Below are positions 49,947-61,600 of a stretch of DNA of 64,000 nt, piece after piece. The notes under the pieces were generated by a model. The model saw only the letters and a program-made list of their open reading frames with translations, was not told the DNA's origin and made no database searches. The position numbers and the translations under genes are program-made. Position 1 is the first letter of the stretch; the number at the start of each line of letters is the position of its first letter. Origin of the DNA: an uncultured Planctomycetota bacterium. GTDB taxonomy: Bacteria; Planctomycetota; Planctomycetia; Isosphaerales; Isosphaeraceae. Where the stretch lies: positions 576,001 through 640,000 of the forward strand of contig CAWGMQ010000006.1 in assembly GCA_963823665.1 (NCBI GenBank). Direction: 5' to 3'.

Positions 49947-51032
49947 TCAATAGCGGAGGACGGCCGCGATACCTTGATGCAGGTCAAGGACGCCGGTGTC
50001 GTAGAAATAGACTTCACCGCCGTCGGCGAGAACTTTCTCGATGACCTCGTCGACGGCGTCGTCAAGTGCTGCCGCACCGCTGCCGGTGTAACGCAGCAGG
50101 CGATCGCCGTCGGGGGAGACGTCGGCAGGATGCTCGAAGCTGGTCTCGACCAGAAGAGTCTGGCAGCGCTTGTCGAAAGCCGCGCGCCACACCTGGTCGA
50201 TGCCGGACGCGTGCCGGTTAGCGCTGACCGCCTGGCCGAGCCGGACGAGCGCGCGAGTTCTGACCAGAGTCATTCCTGCCTTGAAGACCGGCCAGACGAG
50301 CTTGCCGAGCTTGCTCGGGCTCGGGTCGTCGTGGCTGCCCGCCACGAGACCGACGATGGCATCGGGATCCTTGGTGATTTCCTGGTAGAACGCCAGGTAG
50401 CGATCGACCCCGACGACGACCACGGGAAGATGGTCTTCCTTCTGGAAAGTCGCGAGGGCGTCATCCACCTGCCTGAAGAACTGGCGATGTGACTCATCGC
50501 GCACGCCCGACCGATTGATCCCCTGCCCGCCCGGCAGGCGCGATGCTCCGCCGGGACCGGTGTGAACCATGGGAAATGGTTTATCCGTAGTTTCGGTCAG
50601 CACGTTGGTCGTGGCCTCGAAGAGCCGGGTTGGCTTTTCGGTCAGGACGAGCACCCGGTAGCGCGGCGCACGATTGAGGGTGAAGACCAGGTCGCGCGTG
50701 GCGAATGAGCCATCGACTGAAACACGCGGTTTCACCTTGAAAGGCAGATAAATCGCCGTGGCGTCGTCTTTGCTCGCGAAAAGGGCCAGGCCGTCGAGCG
50801 TGTGTTTCCAGTCGACGCGATCAACGAGCTTGCTCAGGTGTTGCACGACGGACGCGACTTCCCGCTTCTTGAACTCGCGATGCAGGCGATCGATTGCCTT
50901 CGTCAAGAGATTCTTGACGACGATTCGATCGCGCTTGTTGGCTGGGCTCGAGCGGTAAGTGGGAGCCAGCAACGAGACCGACGGATATTCATTGTGGCTC
51001 TGAAGACGCTTCAATTCACTGCGACAGATCAT
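49947..51032 (-). CDS. Bacterial archaeo-eukaryotic release factor-like protein (baeRF3-like)
   Basis: YPSVSLLAPT, GLALFAS, FATRDL, YRVLVL, FFRQVD, LDDAVDEVIEKVL..GG and IAAVLRY. Confidence 0.75.
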   Translation of the reverse strand: MICRSELKRLQSHNEYPSVSLLAPTYRSSPANKRDRIVVKNLLTKAIDRLHREFKKREVASVVQHLSKLVDRVDWKHTLDGLALFASKDDATAIYLPFKVKPRVSVDGSFATRDLVFTLNRAPRYRVLVLTEKPTRLFEATTNVLTETTDKPFPMVHTGPGGASRLPGGQGINRSGVRDESHRQFFRQVDDALATFQKEDHLPVVVVGVDRYLAFYQEITKDPDAIVGLVAGSHDDPSPSKLGKLVWPVFKAGMTLVRTRALVRLGQAVSANRHASGIDQVWRAAFDKRCQTLLVETSFEHPADVSPDGDRLLRYTGSGAAALDDAVDEVIEKVLADGGEVYFYDTGVLDLHQGIAAVLRY

Positions 51033-51231
51033 GGCAAACCCTGTTCATCGATTGGAATGTGGGAGCTGATGGCCCCAAACAGAATAGCCGCCGGGCGGTT
51101 GGCTCACAACGAGCACATCAGTCAATTCGGTCGTCCGCGGCCTTGTCAAACTCGCCAGTCGCGGTTAGAACGCCGTAGGTTTGCCTCGTTGAAACCACGG
51201 ACAGCGCGGCCTCGCGTGCCAGGATAGGCAA

Positions 51232-52278
51232 GTGCTTCGATTAAATCTGAACTACCTGCTGGTTTTGATTCCGGTTGCGCTGGGATTGTACTGGACTGGG
51301 GCCGACTCCCTCCTTGTGTTCGCTGTGGCGGCGCTCACAATCCTGCCGCTTTCCAAGGTTGTCGGCAGCTCGACGGAGACATTAGGGCATTATCTCGGGC
51401 CGACGCTGGGCGGACTGCTGAACGCCTCGATGGGCAATGCCCCCGAATTGATCATCGGGATCTTCGCGCTCAAGAACGGACTGATCCGGGTGGTGAAGGC
51501 CTCACTGACCGGCTCGATCATCGGAAATCTGCTGCTGACGCTGGGGATTGCGACGTTTGCAGGTGGGTTGCGCTATCCGAGCCAGAAGTTCAACGTCCAC
51601 TCGGCCCGGCTTTCGATGTCGATGATGTTTCTGGCAGTGGCGGGGCTCATGGTTCCGGCGCTATTTCATTTCACGTCTCGTTCAGCCGAGCACGAGATCA
51701 GTCTCCAGATCGCGGCCGTTCTGCTCGTTGTGTACGTCTTGAGCTTGGTATTCACGCTGGTCACGCATCGAAAGTTGTTCGAGATCAAGCAGCCGGCCGA
51801 GCTGGACATCGCCAAGACACACTCCTGGAAGATCGCGCTGGGTTTCCTCACGGCGGCGGCGGTCGCCCTTGCAGTCATGAGCGAAGTGCTCACCGACTCG
51901 CTCGAGCCCGCGACCAAGCAGCTTGGCATCAACGAGGTGTTCGCGGGCATCATCCTGCTGGCTTCGGTCAGCAACATTTCCAGCATCATGAATGCGGTGG
52001 TTTTCGCACGGAAGAACCAGATGGACCTGGTTGCCAGCAGTGTGATCGGGGCCGCCACACAGATCGCGCTTCTGGTGGCCCCCGCGCTGGTTTTTGCCAG
52101 CTTGCTCATGCCTGAGCCGATGGACTTGCTGTTCAACCGGCTGGAGCTGGTTGCGCTCATCGTTGCTATCTTCATCACGCGGAACATGACGATCGACGGT
52201 GAGTCCGACTGGCTCGAAGGGGCGATGCTGATTGCCGTGTATCTGATGCTCGGGATCGGGTTCTATTACATCAACTAG
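51232..52278 (+). CDS. Ca2+/H+ antiporter (CAX family)
   Basis: GGLLNASMGNAPELII, GSIIGNLLL, KNQMDL and DGESDWLEG. The second alpha-repeat is degenerate (SNISS). Confidence 0.88.
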   Translation: MLRLNLNYLLVLIPVALGLYWTGADSLLVFAVAALTILPLSKVVGSSTETLGHYLGPTLGGLLNASMGNAPELIIGIFALKNGLIRVVKASLTGSIIGNLLLTLGIATFAGGLRYPSQKFNVHSARLSMSMMFLAVAGLMVPALFHFTSRSAEHEISLQIAAVLLVVYVLSLVFTLVTHRKLFEIKQPAELDIAKTHSWKIALGFLTAAAVALAVMSEVLTDSLEPATKQLGINEVFAGIILLASVSNISSIMNAVVFARKNQMDLVASSVIGAATQIALLVAPALVFASLLMPEPMDLLFNRLELVALIVAIFITRNMTIDGESDWLEGAMLIAVYLMLGIGFYYIN

Positions 52279-52282
52279 CGAG

Positions 52283-52326
52283 ACAACCCATGGCTCCCGG
52301 GTTTTGGCCGCGGGGCCATGGGTTGT
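52283..52326. terminator. Stem-loop between convergent genes
   Basis: ACAACCCATGGC...GCCATGGGTTGT, 12-bp perfect arms. Confidence 0.6.
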
Positions 52327-52407
52327 TGTCAGATCGTCTGAATGCCCGGCGGAACAAGGGCGCCCGATGGCACTTTCAGGATGACTCGTTCCGCGCAACA
52401 GGCGCGA

Positions 52408-54462
52408 TCAATCCTTGTCGTCGTCCTGAGATTTGAGAGCCTTGATCTCCTCGATGAGCTTGGAGACCTGGCTCTCTAGCTCCTTGATCCGGCGCTCCCT
52501 GGCGCCACCCTTGGCCTTCACGTCCTCCTTGGCCTTCGAACCTGCGGCCACCTTCTCTTCGAGCTTCTTGGCGAAGTCTGACCCCGGGCCGTACTTTTCC
52601 TTCATTTCTTCGCCGAGCTTCTTCATCTTCTGTTCGAATTCCGAGCCAGGCCCGAACTTGCTTTCCATTTCTTTGCCGAAGGCTTCCATCTTCTTGGCGA
52701 AGTCTGAGCCGTCACCGAGTTTTGCCTCGAGCTCCTTGCCCAGTTTTTTCATTTGCTGCTCGAAATCCGAGCCGGGGCCGAATTTCTTTTCCATCTCCTT
52801 GCCGATCGTTTCGCCGAATTTCTCCATCTGCTTCTCGAACTCGGGGCCGAACGCGGATTCGATCTCCTTCTCGAGCTTGGAAAGATCGAGGTCGAGATCG
52901 CCTTTGGAATCCGGCTTCTCGCCCTTGTTTGCTTTCTCCTTGCCTTTGGCCTCTTTTGCATGAGCCTTGGCCTGGGCCTTCTCGAGCTTCTCCTGAATGG
53001 CCTTGACCTTAGCCTGCGCAGCTTCGGCCCTGGCCTTGGCTCGCACAAGCGCCTTGGCGGGTTGCTCATCGTCATCATCGTCATCCGCATCGTCGTCATC
53101 ATCTTCGTCGTCGTCGTCGTCATCCGCATCGTCATCGTCATCTTCGTCGTCGTCGTCCGACTTCACAGCTTTCTTGTCTTTGTCGTCGTCATCATCAGCG
53201 GTGGGGAGAATGGACGAGTCCGCGGTTGCGGGGAAGGCGGCGAGCAGGGCCGGAGCGCCGTTCTGGTCGACGGCAACCAGCTTGGCTGCCGACCAGGTCG
53301 GCAGGGCACACAACACTAGCAGGCATGCGCCGATGAAGCTGAGGGGCGACAATCGGCAAGGGACGTCATTGTGCAAGATCATGGTCAATCTCCGTTCGAA
53401 GAATCGGCCTGAGCCGGCGACGCTCAACGCGGGCGCCAAGGGCTTGGCCAGAGACAGGGTCGAGCAAATATCGAAGAGAACCTCGGCATAAGTGAGTCGA
53501 TCCTTGGGCAGCGCCCAGACAACCCAGGCGTCGCATGCCAGCTCGGCTTCGGCATCGAGCCGGGCGCGGGTGAGCCAGTAAAGTGGGTTCCACCACCAGA
53601 TCAGACCGGCGGCCAGCTCGAGCCGGGAGACCCATTGATCGCACCGGCGAAGGTGAGCCAGCTCGTGGGTGAGGATGCCGCGCCATCGTTCGAGAGGCAG
53701 CGTTTTCACCAGCCGGGTCGGCAGCAGGAGCTGTGGCCGGCCCAGGCACCAGAGCATGGGAGTGCCCAGCTCGTCGACGACCAGAAGATCAGGGACACGG
53801 ACGCCCAGCCAGCGCCCGATTCGATCCGCCTCGTCGATCAGGAAGTCGGGCGCGGGCAATGCACCCCGCAATCGGCGGCGAAACCGGACGATCCGGACGA
53901 GCTGCCCTGCGGCGATCATCGCGGATACGGTGAGCCAGCCGATCAAGAGTGCACGCGAGAATGGAATAGAGCTCAGCCAGGCGGGCCACGAAGGTGCGGC
54001 AGGGCCGGCGCCGGCAATGCGAGCGAACCCCGCATTTTCGCGTTCGAGGGTTATGTCCGTGTCCGTGTCTGGCTCGCCGCCGGCGTCGAGAGAATCGGTC
54101 GAGGCGAGCTCGGTCGGCTCCACGGGGGCAACCCCTTCGACCGGTGCGGCATCGTTGTCATCGCTGTCTTTCAGCGACGAGACTTCATCTCGGGTGGTGG
54201 CGGCCGTGACGATCGGGGATGGAGCTTCGCCAGGAGCGGCGTCCGGAAGAGCGGGCTGGCGCCAGGCGGTGGCCCAATCAAGCGGGTGCCACTGGGTGGC
54301 CCACGGCCACGCCACGATCGGAGGCGTTACAAACTTGATCAGCACCACAAGCCAGAGGCAGTGTCTCAAGGATGGAGCAATTCGCCGCGGCTTGCCCAGT
54401 GCAACAGCGAGCAGGGCCAGAACGCCTGCCACGATCGTTGTTTCCGCGAACCATATAAGCAT
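52408..54462 (-). CDS. BlaR1/MecR1-like M56 metallopeptidase with Asp-rich tract and 21-aa repeats
   Basis: HCLWLVVLIK, HELAH, WWWNPL..ELACD, ERRLTMI. Confidence 0.9.
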   Translation of the reverse strand: MLIWFAETTIVAGVLALLAVALGKPRRIAPSLRHCLWLVVLIKFVTPPIVAWPWATQWHPLDWATAWRQPALPDAAPGEAPSPIVTAATTRDEVSSLKDSDDNDAAPVEGVAPVEPTELASTDSLDAGGEPDTDTDITLERENAGFARIAGAGPAAPSWPAWLSSIPFSRALLIGWLTVSAMIAAGQLVRIVRFRRRLRGALPAPDFLIDEADRIGRWLGVRVPDLLVVDELGTPMLWCLGRPQLLLPTRLVKTLPLERWRGILTHELAHLRRCDQWVSRLELAAGLIWWWNPLYWLTRARLDAEAELACDAWVVWALPKDRLTYAEVLFDICSTLSLAKPLAPALSVAGSGRFFERRLTMILHNDVPCRLSPLSFIGACLLVLCALPTWSAAKLVAVDQNGAPALLAAFPATADSSILPTADDDDDKDKKAVKSDDDDEDDDDDADDDDDDEDDDDDADDDDDDEQPAKALVRAKARAEAAQAKVKAIQEKLEKAQAKAHAKEAKGKEKANKGEKPDSKGDLDLDLSKLEKEIESAFGPEFEKQMEKFGETIGKEMEKKFGPGSDFEQQMKKLGKELEAKLGDGSDFAKKMEAFGKEMESKFGPGSEFEQKMKKLGEEMKEKYGPGSDFAKKLEEKVAAGSKAKEDVKAKGGARERRIKELESQVSKLIEEIKALKSQDDDKD

Positions 54463-54509
54463 GGGTGTTGCCTCGAGACTCAGGATCGCAACCTCGAATT
54501 GTGCTTTCC

Positions 54510-54932
54510 TCAACTGCTGTTCCGCGAGGGCCTCGGCCGGGCCGAGCGGGTGCGGTCAGCGGCCTCGTCGAGCAGGCGGCGGAGCCGCGCCACTTCGTCG
54601 GCCGAGAACTGATTGCCTTGCACCAGAGCGAGAACGAGCGGTGCCGCCCGGCCGTCGCAGAACTCCTCGGCAGCGTCTTTCAGCCGGCGGTCAAGCAACT
54701 CGTCCCGGCTGACCGATGCGCGATAGACGTGTGGAACCGCGCTGGGATCGCTGGCAGCGAATTTCTTGACCACCAGCCGCTGAAGCAGAGTCGCCACCGT
54801 CGTGTAGGCCCAGTGCCGCCCCTGTCGCTCGAGCACCTCATTGATCTCGCGGACCGTTCGGGGACCGTGGTCCCAGAGAACCTTGAGGACCTCTCGCTCG
54901 GAAACGCTGAGTGCCGGCCGATTCGCCATCAA
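54510..54932 (-). CDS. BlaI/MecI/CopY family repressor
   Basis: SEREVLKVLW..GP.TVREI...AYTTVATLLQRL. Confidence 0.92.
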   Translation of the reverse strand: MMANRPALSVSEREVLKVLWDHGPRTVREINEVLERQGRHWAYTTVATLLQRLVVKKFAASDPSAVPHVYRASVSRDELLDRRLKDAAEEFCDGRAAPLVLALVQGNQFSADEVARLRRLLDEAADRTRSARPRPSRNSS

Positions 54933-54978
54933 TCACCTCACCATCTTGCTCCCTCGACCCCCGGCCGAGCCAGGTGTC

Positions 54979-55016
54979 TCTACATGTTGTAGTAAGAGCC
55001 TACTACAGATCGTAGA
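54979..55016. promoter_or_regulatory. Paired BlaI-type operators
   Basis: CTACATGTTGTAG (54980-54992) and CTACAGATCGTAG (55003-55015), TACA/TGTA-type palindromes upstream of the repressor. Confidence 0.7.
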
Positions 55017-55196
55017 TGGTTGCAACAGCAGATTCGCGGGGCATGGGGAAATATTAAGAAGGATGTTGGTCAGCGCCTAAAGTAGCTGGCGATTGCTTAA
55101 TCGATCACCCCACCTTCCGGCCGTTCTTTCGGAAGCTAAGTTCGTCAACGGAATCGTGGTCACAGACACAATCCGAACCAACGTTGCCAAAAGTAG

Positions 55197-55225
55197 TTGA
55201 CAATAGCACTAAGAAAACCTAACGT
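55197..55225 (+). promoter_or_regulatory. Sigma70-like promoter
   Basis: TTGACA-17 bp-TAACGT facing the 2260-aa gene. Confidence 0.5.
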
Positions 55226-55664
55226 AACGAACCCTGAACGAAGTGAGGGCGAGAAAGTTCCGAGGATTCGGGCATGTGTCCTGCCACAGGACGACATTTG
55301 GTCCGGATGAGCCTTCCGAAAGATATGTCCGATCGCGCTTTTCAATGTTCGCGTTTCTCGGAAGGCGAGAGGAGATATTAGACCGGCAGCTACCTGCGAG
55401 TCCCTTCGTGCGAAATCCATCCGATCGGCGTGAGTTCAGCTCTCCATGATGGTCCGCCGCACGATCCTGGCCCGTTTGGTGCAGGATCGCCTTGCGTCGG
55501 ATCATACCCAAACAAACAGTCGTTGATCCGCTCGGCGCGGGGTGCGGTGCGCCCAACGCCAACACAGAGCGTCCGCGCGTCTTCCGGCTCCCGGGTGGGA
55601 GAACGCGCGCCAGTTCCGCACCGTCGGCGCAGATACATAGATATAAACATCTAGGAGATATATC

Positions 55665-58600
55665 ATGAGCCGCTACGCGAGCAGTGGTACGCTTTGGGGA
55701 CGGAATCGCGGTCGACGAAGATGTCGAACGTCGGCCTGGCGGCACGCCCGCCCCGCCCTGGAACAGCTCGAGTGCCGGCTAGCGCTCTCGGTAGGCGGGG
55801 GCTGGACCAACAGCGCCCAGTCCGGCATTGTCGTCCAGCCCGCCGGCGCGGCGTCACTGGTCGTCACCGGATTCCCCACCCCAGACGAGGCAGGCGTCGC
55901 CAGTAGCTTCACGGTCACCGCATACGATGCTTACGGCAACATCGCGACCGGCTACACGGGCACCGTCGCGTTCGCCAGTGGAGACTCCCAGGCTGGCCTG
56001 CCGGCCAGCTACACGTTCACGACCGGTACAGGCAAGGATAACGGCGTGCACACGTTCTCGGCGACGCTCAAGACTGCGGGCACGCAGTACTTGACGGCCA
56101 CCGACACCGCGACGTCGAGCATCACGGGCAGCGAGACCGGGATCGTCGTCCAGCCCGGGGTGGCATCGCTGACGGTCACCGGGCTTCCCAGCTCGATGAC
56201 GTCCGGTGTCGCCAGTAACTTCACCGTCACCGCATATGATCGTTACGGCAATATCGCAACCGGCTACACCGGAAAGGTGCATTTCACCAGCACCGACCCA
56301 AGCGCAGTCCTGCCTCCGGACTACACCTTCAATTCGGGAAATGCGGGCACGCAGTCGTTCAGCACAACCCTGAACGCCACCGGGACGCAGACGATCTTCG
56401 CCACCGACAAGGTGACGTCAAGCTTCATGGGAAGCGAAACCACAACCGTGAACCCCAGCGGCGGGTCCTCGGCGACGTTCGTGAAACTGGACGCCACGAC
56501 GCAAGGCAACTGGGAGAACGCCTACGGCACCCAGGGCTACGACATCATCAGCGACGCGGTCAAGATCCCCTCCTACGCCACCGTCACGATCGCCGGACAG
56601 GCAGACTACACCTGGACCACCACCTCCTCCGACGTTCGCGCCCTCCAGATTCCGGGCAGCACGAACCGCGTCGGCGCTTGCTGGGATTCCGGCACGAGCT
56701 TCACGATTGCGGTCAATCTCAACGACGGTCAAGCGCACGACATCGCCCTCTACGCGTGTGATTTCGACAAGGGCGGTCGCGCCGAGCAGATCCAGATCAT
56801 AAGCGCCTCCAGCGGCGCGATCCTGGATACCAAGTCCATCTCCAATTTCCAAGGAGGGGAATATCTTCAGTGGCAGGTCACCGGCAACGTGATCATCAAG
56901 GTCACAAAGCAACTCGGCAACAACGGAATCTTGAACGGACTGTTCTTCGACCCGGCGGCCACAGTCGGGCCCGCGAGCCAGTTGGCCGTCAGCGGCCCGA
57001 CGGCCGTTACGGTCGGCAGCCCGTTCAACGTCACCGTTACTGCGGAGGACGCGAGCGGCAATGTCGCCACCGGCTATTCACGCACCGTCCAGTTCGCCAG
57101 CGGTGCCTCCCTGGCCGGCCTGCCGACAAGCTACACCTTCGTCGCCGCCGATGACGGCACGCACACCTTCGCCGCCACGCTCTGGACCGCCGGCACCCAG
57201 TATATCACGGCCACCGACACCACGACTCCCAGCATCACGGGCACGCTGACCGGCATTGTCGTCCAGCCGGCCGGCGCGGCGTCGCTGCTCATCGCCGGGT
57301 TCCCCACCCCAGACGAGGCAGGCGTCGCCAGTAGCTTCACGGTCACCGCATACGATGCTTACGGCAACATCGCGACCGGCTACACGGGCACAGTCGTGTT
57401 CGCCAGTGGAGACTCCCAGGCTGGCCTGCCGGCCAGCTACACGTTCACGACCGGTACAGGCAAGGATAACGGCGTGCACACGTTCTCGGCGACGCTCAAG
57501 ACCGCGGGCACGCAGTACTTGACGGCCACCGACACCGCGAACTGGAGCATCACGGGCAGCAAGACCGGGATCGTCGTCCAGCCCGTCGGGGCGTCGTCGC
57601 TGGCGGTCACAAGGCTTCCCAGCTCGGTCACGCCCGGTGCCGCCAGTAACTTCACGGTCACCGCATACGATCCTTACGGCAATATCGCAACCGGCTACAC
57701 CGGAAAGGTGCATTTCACCAGCACCGACCCAAGCGCAGTCCTGCCTCCGGACTACACCTTCAATTCGGGAAATGCGGGCACGCAGTCGTTCAGCGCAACC
57801 CTGAACGCCACCGGGACGCAGACGATCTTCGCCACCGATACGGTGACGTCAAGCATCACGGGAAGCGAAACCGCAACCGTGAACTCCAGCGGCGCGTCCT
57901 CCGCCACGTTCGTGAAACTGGACAGCACGACGCAAGGCAACTGGGAGAACGCCTACGGCACCCAGGGCTACGACATCATCAGCGACGCGGTCAGCGTCCC
58001 CTCCTACGCAACCGTCACGATCGCCGGACAAAAAAACTACACCTGGACCACCACCTCGTCCGAAGCTCAAGCCCTCCAGATTCCCGGCAGCACGAACCGC
58101 GTCGGCGCTTGCTGGGATTCCGGCACGAGCTTCACGATTGCGGTCAATCTCAACGACGGTCAAGCGCACGACATCGCCCTCTACGCGTGTGATTTCGACA
58201 AGGGCGGTCGCGCCGAGCAGATCCAGATCACAAGCGCCTCGAGCGGCGCGATCCTGGATACCAGGTCCATCTCCAATTTCCAGGGAGGGGAATATCTTCA
58301 GTGGCAGGTCACCGGCAACGTGATCATCACCATCACACGGCAAGCCGGCCCCAACGGAATCTTGAGCGGACTGTTTTTCGACCCGGCGGTCATGGCCGGG
58401 CCCGCGAGCCAGTTGACCGTCACCGGCCCGACGGCCGTCAACGGCCCGATGTATGTTGCGGCCGGTAGCCCGTTCAACATCACCGTTACTGCGAAGGACG
58501 CGAGCGGCAATGTCGCCACCGGCTATAGAGGCACCATCCAGTTCACGAGCGGTGACTCCCTGGCCGGCCTGCCGGCAAGCTACACCTTCGTCGCCGCGGA

Positions 58601-61600
58601 TGACGGCACGCACACCTTCGCCACCACGCTCAGGACCGCCGGCGCCCAATATATCACGGCCACCGACACCACGACTCCGGGCATCACGGGCACGCTGAGC
58701 AGCCAGTCCGGCGTTGGCCTCCTCGGCCAGTACTACAGCAATTCGACCTTGTCGGGCACTCCTACGTTCACTCGCTGGGACGACCGCGCCGACTTTTTAT
58801 GGACGGACGGGAACGCGATTCCTGGCGGCTCGACCGACCCGGCGTTCGCATCGGTAGGGCCGAACAACTGGTCGGCAAAATGGACGGGTATACTGACCCC
58901 CAACTTCAGCGAGACGTACACTTTTGTGATCAACTCCGCCGGCAACGGCGTTCGGCTATGGGTCACTCACGTCGGACAGCAGCAAGGCAATCCGCTCATC
59001 AATGACTGGACCTACCACGGCCAGACAACCGACACGGCCACGATGGCGCTTCAAGTCGGCCAGGACTATTCCGTCGAGCTAGACTACTCGCAGACTTCCG
59101 GGAGCGTGGCGCAGGTCCAGCTTCAGTGGTCCAGCCCAAGTACACCCCTGGAGGATATCGAGCCCGTCACACAGGTCGGTCTCGATGTCGATGGGTCAGA
59201 CAACCTGTTCGCCAATCTGGTCAACGGCGCCGTCTATGCGAGCTGGTCGTTAGCGGCGGATCGGTACGTCGCAGCCCCGACCGACAGCAATCTCTGGCCG
59301 GAAGTAGATGCCGGGATTAACCTCGGGTACGGGGATCCTAACATCCAGGACGGTGGATCCTACCTGGTGCAGTTCAACGGCATGGCGACTGTAACTAACT
59401 CGCCGGAAACTGTTGATTGGTGGGTAAACGGAACCGACTTACACACGAGCGTGCTTCAAGCCGGAGAGGGCTATGATCCCAGCACAAATACGACCACTGC
59501 CACGATGGTCGTCTCGCCAATTCCAGACCCCGGCAGTACGGCAGGATTTCAGATGACCTTCACAAACACCAGCCGCAATCCGACTGCCGCTCCCCTGGCC
59601 ATTACCGCAATCAGCGACTCGCACGGAACCGTGACGGTGTCCGTCTCATCGGTGAGTGGCATCGCCCAGAACCAAGAAGTGACGATCGCCGGTTTCACGG
59701 GTAGCGCAGCCAACTATAACGGCACCTATGTGATCACGAGCGTGAGCGCCTCGAGCAACACCTTCACTTACGCCACAACCGCGTCGACCCTGCCCACCAA
59801 TCCAGGCGGTGGAACCGCGCTGGTTAATCCTGAGAACGGCATCACGAACTTATACGTTATGCAACCCTCGGCGCTGGGGGGTAACACGCCACTTCCTGTG
59901 GGAACGTTGTTCGTCCCCGCGGCGCTCAACATGTATGCTCAGTACACGGTCCTGCGCATCAACTCCCTCTCCTACACCACTGCGGACAACCTTACCTCTA
60001 ACTGGTCAGACCGTACCCTCGTCTCCGATAATTTCTGGTCGACGTACACGTTCAATAGCGGCACCGGCGTTGATACCGGTGTCTCTGGCGGAGCTGCCTT
60101 TGCCGGTGTCCCCTGGGAGGTTCAGATAGCGCTGGCCAATGAGACCGGCAAGGACGTGTACATCGACATCCCGATCAATGCGTCGCCCAGCTACCTCACC
60201 AACCTGGCGGACCTGTTCGCCTATGGCAGTAACGGTGTCACTCCTTACACGAGCCCCCAGTCGGATCCCATCTGGAAGCCGCTCAACCCCAATCTCAAGG
60301 TTTACATCGAGTTATCGAATGAGATCTGGAACTCTGGCTATGCTCAAGCCGAGTCTCGCTGGGATGGCTGGGCCAACCAGTTGAGCCAACGTGCGCTCTA
60401 CGACTATTTGACGAACAACCAGAACGACCCGCTCTATCCCGGCGGCGGTAGCAATGCGTACAACGACGGGGCACTGCTCGCCACTTACTACAACGTGAAC
60501 AGTAGCAACGACAGCGCCTTCCTCGGCACGTACAACGCTGATCCTGCACCGTCCACGGACGGCGCCTCGCCAATGTACTTCAGCAACGCCGCCTCTGTGA
60601 ATGGTTATACGGTCGGTCAGGGCTGGGTCGGGCTGCGCGACGTGCAGATCAGCAATGCCTTCAAGACGGCCTTCGGGGAGAGCAATGTCGCCGCCGCCGC
60701 GAACAATAGCCGAGTTCGGCCCGTGTACGAGTGGCAGACCGGTGGTTACTGGACTGGTGCCCTTGGCTTCATCGCTGGTACCTTCGGCGCGGTTCATCCG
60801 GTTAGTTATTACCTGTACGGCGGCGGCGGTGCCTTTTACGTCTCCAACTTGGTCGGTGGCTTCAGTGACGTCGGTTTCGCCAACCCCGGCTTTGCGAACG
60901 GTCTCACTGGGTGGTCGTCTAGTGGCTCGGCGGGGGTGGTCGCCAATGGTTCCAGCATGGGCAATCCGAACGCCCCACCGCTGTTCTCCGCCATTGCGGT
61001 AACCAACGGGGCCACGGAGTCGGGCAATACAGTGACGATCACGACCACGGCGACGCAATACTTCCAGGTTGGCCAATCTGTAACGGTCTCCGGCGTCGTC
61101 GCCAGCGGCTATAATGGGACCTTTACGGTTACGTCCGTCACGCCCACCTCCCTCACTTTCCAGGACTCGAACGTTGGCCTTGCCAGTTCGGGAGACGGGT
61201 TCGTCACGGGGACAGGGTATAGCACGCAGACTGCTTACCTGGGGGCCGGCGCCAGTATCAGCCAAAACGTTACCTTCAGCGGCGGCTACGCGGACATCAC
61301 GTTGTACGCGACCCAAAACGTGCCGACCAACTATAGCTACGGTCTTACCATCACCCTCACCCCCACGAATGGTGGTCCAACCATCAACAGCGGCCAGGGC
61401 ATTCCGATAAGCGAGGGTGTCCCGAACTATTCAATCTCTGAAAACAACTTCATCTGGGACAGGTCGCAGGCCTTCTATACCGGCGCCACGGCATATACGT
61501 ACACTGTTACCTTCACGAGCACATTGCCGTCGGGCACGATCTTCCTTGACAATCTGGCTATCCAGACCGTCAATGGGATGTTCAATGAAACAACGCCTGC

